This document shows positions 42,423 to 53,130 of a stretch of DNA of 64,000 nt, one piece after another. The DNA lies in NCBI GenBank assembly GCA_965645245.1, contig OZ287068.1, positions 2,976,001-3,040,000 on the forward strand. The letters run 5' to 3'. The stretch comes from Massalongia carnosa (taxonomy: Eukaryota). Made by a program: the position numbers and the translations under genes. A model generated the notes under the pieces. It made no database searches. It saw nothing but the letters and a program-made list of their open reading frames with translations, and was not told the origin of the DNA. How positions within the stretch are numbered: position 1 is the stretch's first letter; each line of letters begins with the position of its first letter.

Positions 42423-44225
42423 CTTGAGAAACTGTGGATGTAAATTCTGGTGGTCTATTGGAGATTTTGAGAGAATGAAGCTTAAGAAAAGTATATGTAT
42501 GAGGTGGTGGAGGGTGAGGTTCAACGAGTTGCGTGATGTGATGGGTTGAAATGTAAGGAATAAGAGGGGAGAACTGAGGTGTAAAATCTAGAGTCTGTGA
42601 TGTGAGCGTTGAGAAGAGAATGATTCGAGTTGAAAAGCGATGATCTTGAGAGTCCGTAGAAGGAAACAGGTTCCTGTATGCTAGTTTCTTCCGGCGCTTG
42701 AACTCTGAATCCGCTGAACGAAAACAGAGATCGTTGGCAAGTTCAAACTTGATCTTAGAACGAACAAACAAGGCTCATCAATTTGTAAAAAGACCTATTA
42801 AAGGGCTTCAAGAAATAGAACAGGATTTCAATGATCAAAGCAAGTTCAAATCGATATTCAACGTCGAGAAGCCCCCGATTCAAATACGCAGGTATACAGA
42901 TTGTCGTTCTTGGCATCACAAATCCCCTCAACGGTCCGGCCTTACCTTTCCTATATCTTTCCCACTCTCAAGTCCTTCCTTGGCTCCACAATCACACACC
43001 GCTCCCCGTCTCCACCTCCACGCAGCCGCACAGTCTCAACCAGCTAGAAACTCTGACTCACGTCCCTCACGCTTCACCCCCCTGCTATGCAAGATACTCG
43101 CAGAAGAGACGCCAGGGTACCGCAGGAGATTGTATCACATTTCTCAGGCTCTCATGTCGTCCCTTCCGATTCCCCGGAAGCACAAAATTCGGAATCTTCA
43201 GTTCTAGAAAGCGTGCTTTAGAGGATGAAAGGTTAGTTAGAGTGCCTGCAGAAGTAGCGTTACGCCTGGGGCTACGTGTCTGCGGCGCTAACGGCGGTAC
43301 AGTATCCGCCGTCCGAGCGTTACTTCTTTTGGAAGAGACTTCATGCAGGGTATAAGCCAGGGACAGGGATACGCGTGTTGGCGAGAACGCGCTGGGGAAC
43401 GAAGATGCATGCTCTTTGCAGACATGGTAGTATTTACAGAGTACTCGTTGCAGCCGGCAAAGCGTCAAGAATCCACCCGGCATACAAAGTACTCCGTACG
43501 ACATCATGTAATTAAATCTACTGCGTAACTTGCGCAAAGACCTATTCAGATCTCTCACGCGTTGAGAAGCTACCTCAACCTTCGCTGACAGGTAGAACAT
43601 ATATGTCTACCGTGTACTCGATCGATCGCGTTGGAGGCACGCGTTGGAGGCACGCGTCGTGGCGTGCACCACACGCTGTTTCTTTGAGACTGAAGACAAA
43701 AATCATCAGGCCGTTGCTGCACGCACTATAGATAAGGATGCATAGGCATTCATTCGTTCCTGTATCGATACGTACTCTAACTAACGTTACTCTTCAACAC
43801 AACGGAATGCACGTGTGATACCCATGGATTCAGTCATGGCGGGATTTGGCCGGCCAACGGCGTGTCATCGTAAGGGAAATTCCTTGGAACTGGGAAGCTA
43901 CAGATCCGGGGTTTAAAGGGCAGGGTTTACCGCTGTGACATGGAAAGTGAATGGAGCAAGGATCATGTCAATGATGTGATGCTTTAAGGCGTAGAGAATA
44001 ACGTTCATGACTGGAAGTAATCAGAAATGGTGGATGAACATGCTGGATGAGCTAAAGATTTGCCGACTTTGCCTCTTTAATTTAAACACGCTGGCTTTCT
44101 CAAGAATCCGAACCTCCTCTCCTGTCCCCAGAACCGTCATGTATTCTCCGACGATGATCGTGTTGTAGTCAAAAAAGAGAGTTCAAATCAGACGCTAATC
44201 AGTACGATTAAGGCCCCTGGTATCT

Positions 44226-44915
44226 CTAGATTTCCATCTCGGTCTTGATCAGGTTGAGATCAAACTCCTTGTCGCTGGCAGCACTATCTTCACTCTCGGT
44301 TTTCACGTTCCTAAACAAATTCTCTCCGTTCGAGTTATTGCCATCTTCCATGGACGGGAAAGGGTCTCCAAGCGCCTTGTAGTCCTTTTTGGAGGCCTTG
44401 CGGGGAGAAACAAGAGACTTCGTGTTTGCTGCCTTCATCGCCTTTTTGCTTGGGGCTAACGTGCCTACTTCTTCAAAGCTGTCATCACCAGCACTAGCGA
44501 TTGAAGGTGGAGTTGCCACGATGACCTTAGATTCCTCCTCCTCATCGCTCAAGACTTCCTCCATAATTTTCTTGGCTACTTTGGCCTTCTTTGAAGGCGC
44601 GGGGTTAGCTGGAGCGCGCGCGCGTTTGGTAGCGCTAGCGGGTTTAGCTAGAGGGGTCACTCCAAGCTCGTTGGCCTTCTTGCGAAGAACTTTCATCCGT
44701 GTTTGAATGCATGATCCCGGAATGTCGGGACCTATGAAAATTAGTCAGCTGAAGTCAAAATTTACCTATTAGGTTTTTGATGGCGAATAACGCTCACCAA
44801 AAGCTGCTGCTACGCTGTTGTAGTCTACCTGGATTCCTTGGACGGCCAGAACTGTCAGGAACAGTTTGGCATCGTTTTCGGGCGTCCAGTTAATCGCAGC
44901 TTGTCCTTTAGGCAT
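44226..44915 (-). CDS. Small Myb/SANT-like protein, cluster copy C (207 aa)
   Basis: Exons 44915-44798 and 44731-44226 give MPKGQAAINWTPENDAKLFLTVLAVQGIQVDYNSVAAAFGPDIPGSCIQTRMKVLRKKA, then a K-rich and acidic tail. Confidence 0.88.
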
Positions 44916-46911
44916 CTTACCTGTTGAATCGCAACTTGATTAGTTTGGAGACTAGGGATAATCTGTAGTATTGGAATTGAGGTGGAACAATTTTAACGAA
45001 TCCTCGGGTGAGAAGTCAAAACTCAATGTAGTGAGTAGAGGAGTGGATAGAGTAGGAACTGAAGCTAGGTAGAAATGAAAATGTTGAATTGTGTTTAGGT
45101 TTCAAAGACCCTCTGACTCTTAAGGACACAAGATAGACTCACTTGAATTGTTCGATATTTGAGGGTCTTCGCAAACTTTCTTTGAAGGAGAAGCAAGAGT
45201 AGTTAAGCTGATGCTAGCTTTGAGGATATGATAAATTAAGAACCGTGAAGAAAATGAGTGGTGATAGGTTTAGTTACAGGACTTCAAGTTAAGAGGGATT
45301 GAGTATAGGTAAAGCAAGCTAAGTATAATAGTGTTGAAATATAAGGTCGCTCGAAAATTCTTCGATTAGTTCTCAGGACCTCGGAATCCGCTGGGCAAAA
45401 ACTTCTAACGATATTTTTCTAATCACGCCCGCATCTGAGATGACCCACTTTCTATCGCAACTTTTGAATTTATGAAGCAGATACCTAAAAGATAGGATGT
45501 AGCATGACATTCTAGTTTGGAGGACTTGAGTAAAATTTCGCCTGATAGTATTGTCTGGAGAGAGTAGATGTCCCAAACATAGCTCGTTACTTGCCGCGAG
45601 GTCCGTAAGAAAGCCCAACAATGGAATCTTAGCTAACTCCAAAACAGACAGTTTTATGACTATCGTGTGTACAGAAACTTGAGCAAGCAAAGATTATAGA
45701 ATAGAAGTTGACAACAACAAGAACAGCAAATCATACCTAAGAACAATGAACCCCGGCAAACATCGTTGGCCTTGGTCACATCAGCCATGCCAGAGTAAAG
45801 ATTACCACACAGACCCTTAGAGTGGTAGAGAACATCCTAGCTTGTTGAAAACGCCCATTCTTCGCCTTCGCTCTCAGTCCCTATGAAAAATCATTTGGAA
45901 CGCCCGGGCGGGGGTTTTACAAATGGCATAGAAGCTACCAGCGCACCGCTGCAATGATCTAGTCATCCTGCAGCCGCTTTTCAGGGATCCTTTTATGGGA
46001 GAGGTTTATGACGCAGGATGTGAACCTTCGTTACAGAGTACAGAGTACTGAACACAGAGCACGGAGAGGTGTGAAGGAAGCAGTTGAAGTCAAAGCAAAC
46101 TTTACAGTCTAACGTAACTGATCGGAAGGACGGAGTCTTGCTCCGTGCAGAGGGACGGAGCGGAGGAATGCTGATCCATTTGCCGATCAATTGCCGATCA
46201 CGAGATCAGGCGGCAGTAGCGTAGTTAGCGAGGGAAGCGTAACTACTCTGCACAGAGTTCGTGGCTATCAACAACACCTACTGGCTTGAAAGCCAAATCG
46301 CCTGCGTTCATAAGAAATGGCATGGCCAGCACGAGAACATTATCTGCAGAAGATATCACATAACATGACAGTACCTGCAGATATAACCTTGTTGCCTCGT
46401 CATATGCGTGTTCTAGGTTCTCCTGGTTCAGGCATCCTTGACCTGATCGTTCCTCATGCAAGAAAATCAAGCCTTTCATGACTATGATATTTGCCCAGTA
46501 GAATCCCAGACATAGCCATACCTCAAAGCACTTGACCGGTTCTCGAGTTATCTGGAGTTCCACGATACAGAACAGAGAACGCTTCTGTTTAGCCTCTATC
46601 TGCAGTCTTCTTGCTTCAACTCTCTTGCCTTCAGTTTGTCATCGAACATAACCCATTTTCTTTCCTACAATTGTCACGGGGAGTTCTTCTCATCTAGCTT
46701 ACAAGCGTTTTTCAATCCGAAACTAGAAATGCACGCGTAGACTTTTAGTTCTCGGCGTCACTGTCAAATCTCCCTTATTCTCTGACCCACTACTTGGTTT
46801 CTGCTCGTGTACAATCGTTCTTAACGCAAGAACCTTACTTGCTTCTTGCTTCGGCCTCAACTCTATCAATTACGTGCTCGCATTACACCCATTTCTTCAT
46901 CAATAAACAAA

Positions 46912-47833
46912 ATGACCATCAAATGGACACCAGAAATCGATCAGACTGTAAAAATACCCTCTACATTCTATATTCCGCCCTTTTATCTTTCTTAGTTTCA
47001 AGTCTAATCGTGCTCTAGCTCCTCCTAAAGATCCTTGAAACCTCCAGCGTGAGCGTGAACGCTAAGGCTATCTCTGAAGCATGGCGTACGTTATTCCTTG
47101 TTAACTCCCTTCCCATCAAATCCTAGCACATAATCTAAAGAAACACACCTAAAACATACCAAACTTCCTTCATCTCTAACACTGACATAACACAGCCAAG
47201 GACCAAGAAATCCCAACCCCGCGCGCCATCTCCGAGCGCCTCGTTCGCATCCGCGCTATGGCCAAATCCTCGGGCGACAGCTCAAATTTTAGTGTGCCTA
47301 ACGGGAAGAACTCTGCTAAGTCGACGCCGACAAAGGCATCAACGCCTCGCCATCCTACGCCAAAGAAGGCTAGAAGCGGAGTGAAGAAGGCTGGGGCGGG
47401 AAAACGTGGACATAAGGCAATGGAAGGGTATGTCATTATATTACGTATCCACCTTTTCCCTTCACTATTATATTCTCAAGTTACTTATTTCCACGCTCTC
47501 CCTCTCCTTGCCACTCGCCGTCTACACTTTCACTTGTAGTTCCCTTGAAACTAAAAGCCCATCCCCCTCTTTCCCTCTAGTTCCGACTCCGAAGCCGAGC
47601 TCTCCAAAACCGGCGCCCCACCTTCCTCCAACCCCCTGGCCAACGAGGACTCTGAAGCCTCGGAACCCGCCACTCCTGCAAAGAAGAAGCAGAAGCCCGC
47701 AGCAGCGGCAGCAGCCAAATCCTTGAAGCCCGTGACTATCGTCAAACCAGAGCGTCTTGATGATGACGTTGTGGAAGCTGCACACGAGGACGGCGGATTC
47801 GAGGATGAGGATATGATTATGGGACAGATCTAG
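46912..47833 (+). CDS. Small Myb/SANT-like protein, cluster copy D (195 aa)
   Basis: Exons 46912-46947, 47019-47085, 47196-47427, 47581-47833 give MTIKWTPEIDQTLLLKILETSSVSVNAKAISEAWPKDQEIPTPRAISERLVRIRAMA, then a TP/K-rich linker and acidic tail. Confidence 0.88.
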
Positions 47834-48438
47834 TCAGGTTGGAGTGCGCAGATGGATGCTGCGGTTATTGTAAGTTAGTCAAGTTAGTCAGATACACCAA
47901 CTTCAGCTACAGCTTTATGTTAGGAGCAGTCGTTGGTACAGTTTCTCAATGCCAGAAAACAAAAGTCGAGGAGCAAAGTTCTCAACATTAACCATCTGCC
48001 TCCGTATCGAGATAGCTAACGTAAACTCCCAAACCCCTCGTCTCGTTTTCATTCCCAACCTTTTTTAGAAATACCTTTCCCCCCTAATATTCTACTTTTA
48101 TTGGCCCTGGTGCGAGGAGACGCTATAAGTAGGATGGGCAGGCAAGTAAGTAGTAGGCAAGTAGATACCTCCGCCAGTAGAATAACTAAAAAATACAAAT
48201 AACCCACGGCATTGTCATAGCTACCTCTTCTTCAAAGACCAGCCTAGTCCAATTCATTCCTACTAAATACATCCCATCAGTTTACCTACCCATTCACCCA
48301 TCTATGTATATTTTCTATCTAGTTATCCAGCCCTAATGATTTCCAGTTACAGTCTTATCGATTCATCAAAAATGATGAAAAGGTGGCTTTGATTACGGTT
48401 AGGGTGGGAGGTGATGGGTCTGGGTTGCGGTTGCAGTT

Positions 48439-48491
48439 GTAGGAGTAGGAGTAGGAGTAGGAGTAGGAGTAGGAGTAGGAGTAGGAGTAGG
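48439..48491. repeat. (GTAGGA)n hexamer microsatellite, ~9 copies
   Basis: Read directly. Confidence 0.9.
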
Positions 48492-50151
48492 CGTGGGAGT
48501 TGGGGGTGAGTGTGGGAGAACTGGGTATTTTGGCTAGATTACATACAAAATCCACAATAGACACCCATATCCCACCCGACTTTTCCACCATTTCCATCTT
48601 CCTTGGTTTGCCCCTCCCCTCTCCCTTTTCTCGATTCGTATATGATCTTTCTCCTAAAACCACATCACAGCGTATATGGCTCGGTTCGTTTCAATTTTGA
48701 GCGAGAGAGCGTGGAGGAGAGCTGCAAGAGGACGAAAGGGGGTATTTTAATATACAAAGGAGGTGAGAATGTGGTATACCTCTGTCAGAGAGATTCATCA
48801 CTTTTTGTGGGGGGGGATTGTCGAATAGTAGAGGGAGGGAACTCAGAAGATAGAGGATGCAGACAAGAGAACAAGACGATATAGCAGTTCTGAAATATTT
48901 ACTTACCTATCTACTTATCTGGCTGCCCTTCTCGTGGCTCTTTTTTCGACCAAAGAAAAAAGAGTTTTTTTTTTCCACAAAAAAGAATAGAACAGAACAG
49001 AGCCAAATAGCACAGAACCCCACCCGACAGATAATTGTGAAGAGCATGTAGATACCGATACCATGCCATGGAGTCCCTGGGGACGGGCCGGGAAGAGCTG
49101 AAGTGGGCTACATACAGGTAGCTTTTTACTTTATCGATGGGTAGGTGGGTAAAGAGATAGGTAAGAGTAGGAGATGGTTAAGGGATTTCTTCGGATGGGT
49201 GAGAGGATATGTCATGTTCAGAGAATGAGTAAAGAAATGATCAACCGACGGACTGAAAACCTAGGAATGTGCGTTTGCGAATGTGGTGGTGGGTGGGCAT
49301 GACGAGAAAAGTGTCGTTTTTTATACTTTTCAACTTTCTCGCACTCAATCGACCGGTTTTTCCGTTGGTTTCCTCTCACATCCCTAGATATCCTAATCCT
49401 TTCCTTCAAGCCACCCTTTGATTATATACTTTTTTGTTCTCTTCCCCCTTTTCAAAATTGACGCTTAATAGATGCGAAGGCAATGAATTAAGGGAGGGAA
49501 GGGAGGAGGCAGAGAGAGGCAGCGAGGGAAGAGAATCGAAGAAGGGAGAACAGAATAGAATGAATGAGTAGATTTTTCTAGTGGTGTTCTACTATGGCAG
49601 TTGATGGGGGGGGTGAGCTTTGGGTGTCGTGCGGCTTAGAACACGAGACTTAAAAACTTGAATCTGCAACTTGGGGTAAATAGTTGAGAGTTTAATGGTA
49701 ACTACTCTCACTTGTATATACCAGTTCCTATTTCGCCATACTTGCGTATGTGCGGATTTGGGTGTTAGGGACTAGGTAGGTGGCTGGGCTGACTGGCTGA
49801 GGCGATCGGTTGGGAAATTGGGGGAAGAAAGAGAATGGATGAATAAGACCGAAGATGGGATGGATGAGAGGATGGAGGATGGTTGGATGGGAATGAGATA
49901 TGAAAAATCCAAACTTCGCAATCAGCCAGGTGGATTGAGAGATCAAAAGCCCACACCTGCGCAATAAAGTAGCTAGCATGCACAACTACCATCACATAAC
50001 TGAGAAATTTCTCATCCAACTACCTATCAACTTATCCACTTCTCAGCACGACCGGAAACAGGTCCATCCATCCACAAAAATAATTCCCCGAGAAAAAGCT
50101 TTCGCAACTAGAGGATCCGTCACTAACTGCTAGTGTTGGATAACCGACAGC

Positions 50152-51117
50152 TTACTCACTCCCATCTTCATCCTTGACGATATCTTCCTTATTTCCCTCA
50201 GTATCTTGCTCATCCCCAGTATCTTTCTTCTCAACACCAAATTTGATCTTCTTCGTGACCTTAGAGTCTACGTCTGCCACCTTTACTTCCTCGTCATCAT
50301 TGTCCTGAAGAGCCACGGCAGCAGCAGCACGCTTCTTCTTTCCGCTGCCTTTCCAGGAAGCAGCAGCAGCAGCAGCGGGGGCGCGACTGGCTGTGGTCTT
50401 TGAATCTTTGGGCTTGATAGAGAAAGCGGGGATAGCGGAGGTTTTTCCGTTTGAACGGATCTTAGAGATACGATGTGTAATAGCTTTAGGGGTAAGGCCT
50501 GTTAGAAAAGAGGGGTTAGTTAAGGGTTTCTTAGAAGAAAGGGACAAGGAGAGTGGTGGAGATAAGTGTCAAGGAAGAGATGAGCGGATGGCAGGAGAAG
50601 GGAGAAGGTATAGAAGGAGTAAAAAGGAGACCAAAACGGTAATGAATGCAATGAAAAATTAAAGATGCGGGCAAATGATCACAAGGGTGGAGCGCTAGAG
50701 CAGTGGAAAGCAAGAGATAGAAAGGCTTAAGGGAGAAGCATAGAATTTAACAAAGACGCAAAGTGTTGTGAACCGATGAACTGAACGAATGAGAAGTCAC
50801 ATCTCCTCAAGATAATGATAGTCGTGTGGATGTAACTCAAGTTAAAGTGCTTCACTTCAGTAAGTACTAACCACGTCCCATGGCCTTAGCCAACGTCTCG
50901 TAGTTGATTTTGAAGGCGTGGAAAGCGAGGACATGCTTGAAAAGCTGTTTTCATCCAAATTATCAAATACTTCTGATAGAGAGATCGATTGAGGAAGTAG
51001 ATGAGTCTTGAATGAGCACTATCTTATAGAAAGATCCTTTTTGAAGGCGAGGGAAAGGCAAGAGAGAATGTAGGAAGGAAAAATTACCAGAAGATCATCC
51101 TATGATGCCCAGTCCAT
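50152..51117 (-). pseudogene. Small Myb/SANT-like gene, cluster copy E (149 codons) with in-frame TAG at codon 6
   Basis: Exons 51117-51088, 50944-50872, 50498-50152 give MDWAS*DDLLLFKHVLAFHAFKINYETLAKAMGRGLTPKAITHRISKIRSNG; stop at 51100-51102; the rest of the frame is intact. Confidence 0.75.
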
Positions 51118-52478
51118 CTCGATAACGTTGCTCAGGTTTGGATGGTGAAATGGATTTGGCAATGAAATTTGAGCAAAGAATAATGGATAAGCTATCTTAA
51201 GGGTCGATTAGAGAAGCCTCAAAGCTAAGCTTAGTAGATGTTTGTGTTGATGGAGTAGAAGATGGAAAGACGAAAGAGCTAATGGAAGGGGACTTGGGGT
51301 TAAAATAGCCTCGAGTTTTCTAGATTCTAGACTTAGCCCTAAGGGTGAAGAATAGAGTGAAGATTTGGGACCGAACCCCCCCTCCCCCCAATGTATTCTC
51401 CAGCTTAGTATAACTATTGAGGAATGATGCTATTCGGGTATAAGAGCAGCATAATCTGCTAAGTTCTCTGTTTCCAACAAAAAGCAAATAATTACGAGCG
51501 AAAGCTGGTGTATTTGTGCCCTAAGCTGACAAGAACGACGAGTGATATCTGGACCGTTGCCTCTGAAAAGGGCCGCCCAATGCGATCTGAAGATACGAAC
51601 TAGCCAAGAAGACGTCGAAGGTAAGTGTAACCCCAAAAGGATAAAAGCAAATAGTTCTCCTATCAAAATGAAATCTCATAAAAAAGCCCAGGACCAATCT
51701 CTCCTCTTGGTGCTTAGTTTTAGTTTGGCGACCTCATAATGTTTCTATGAAGAAAGCCATAGACGTCCCATAGACTTGAGTAGGTTGTGACCATCCCACA
51801 GAAACTGATTCGTGGGTCGAGCGCTTGAATAATCCACCCATTAACGAGGCTCCATTCAGCATGGGAACTTTGTAATGTCTTTAAATATATTCCGCGATTT
51901 CAAGTCATTCGGTACCGTCTAGCTCCTCCACCACGCTTCGCATATCCCTGGGTTCCAATCTTCTTCTCGGGACCGGAGAGCACGACACCTTTCTCCTTTT
52001 GTTATTGGTAGGCAGAAACATGCAGAACCCGGTTTGCGTTATGATTGAGAGGTTCCACCAAGATGTATTGTGTATAATGGAAGATGAGGCTTTTTGTACG
52101 GCGCCACGGGATTATAGCATTGGAACCCGTCTGCATGGTTCCCTTCCATGCAGAGAACAAAGGATCGAATGGTTTGCCTTTGAATGCATACCCGAAGGCA
52201 TTTGAAAGCAGCCTAGCAGAAATTGAAAACTTACAAACCATCGGTAAGATAGACATCGATACAATGAAGTTTGTTGCTGTTGCTTACCTATTTATATACC
52301 TCAATCCCTTTTTTTACTCCTCCAAAAACTCAATAGAACACAGCTGTATGAGACGGAGCAGAGACTGTGATTGTACAGCTTGTCAATGAACTAGCAGAAT
52401 ATTCCCAATCACTACTGCTGTATAGCCTTCCCTTCTCTCTATCTATCGTCAAAGTTACAATAAGAAATACCACAAAGG

Positions 52479-53130
52479 ATGGCGAGTCTTCGAAGGAGCA
52501 AGAATATGGCCACGGATGGTGCTACTCCCAAGTTCCTCTATACTATTTTGAAGCAGTTGGATCTCAAATCTGTAGGCTCTCCCCCCCCGGAACCTGGCCG
52601 AGCGTTCTACTGATGACTTTGAATAGATTGACTGGAACCACGTTGCCAGCAATTTGGACATCACTAACGGCCATGCCGCACGGATGCGCTTCTCTCGTTT
52701 CAAGCAGCAGATGGAAGGTATACCACCAGCTCCTCGCAAACCCAGGTCTACTGTCCCACGCCAGAAAAAACCTAAGCGTGAGAAACCGAAGTCCAAGAAG
52801 GAGGAAGCCTTGCAAGAGGAAACTTTCAAGGAGGACGAACTCAAGGAGGAAGCCAATATTTTCGTTAAGCCAGAACCAAGGGATGATATGCAGCCAGTAT
52901 TTGAGGAGCCCATACTCCATCCTGCGGCCTTGATCAAGGAGGAGCTCGTCGACGAAAGTTACGGAGACGACGGCGCAGGTATGGAGTGGCTGCCTTTGGA
53001 ACCGCACGAACATCCCCAGCAAGATTTCTTCGAGCCCTATCAACACGCTGAGACTCGGTATCCTTCTCATGAGTTCATGCAAGTCAAGGAGGAACCAAGG
53101 GTGAAGATGGAGCCGGTTTGGACCAGTTGA
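52479..53130 (+). CDS. Small Myb-like protein, cluster copy F (198 aa)
   Basis: Exons 52479-52571 and 52627-53130 give MASLRRSKNMATDGATPKFLYTILKQLDLKSIDWNHVASNLDITNGHAARMRFSRFKQQMEG, then a K/P-rich linker and a tail with repeated VKxE motifs. Confidence 0.88.

Noticed and set aside
42698..43600. Three overlapping 169-174 aa ORFs between copies B and C
   Set aside because: No Myb-like motif, no recognisable domain, conflicting frames and strands, and weak start codons.
49720..49745. ATG GCG AAA TAG GAA CTG followed by GT on the minus strand, a possible seventh decayed cluster exon
   Set aside because: No downstream exons matching the helix 2/3 consensus could be found.
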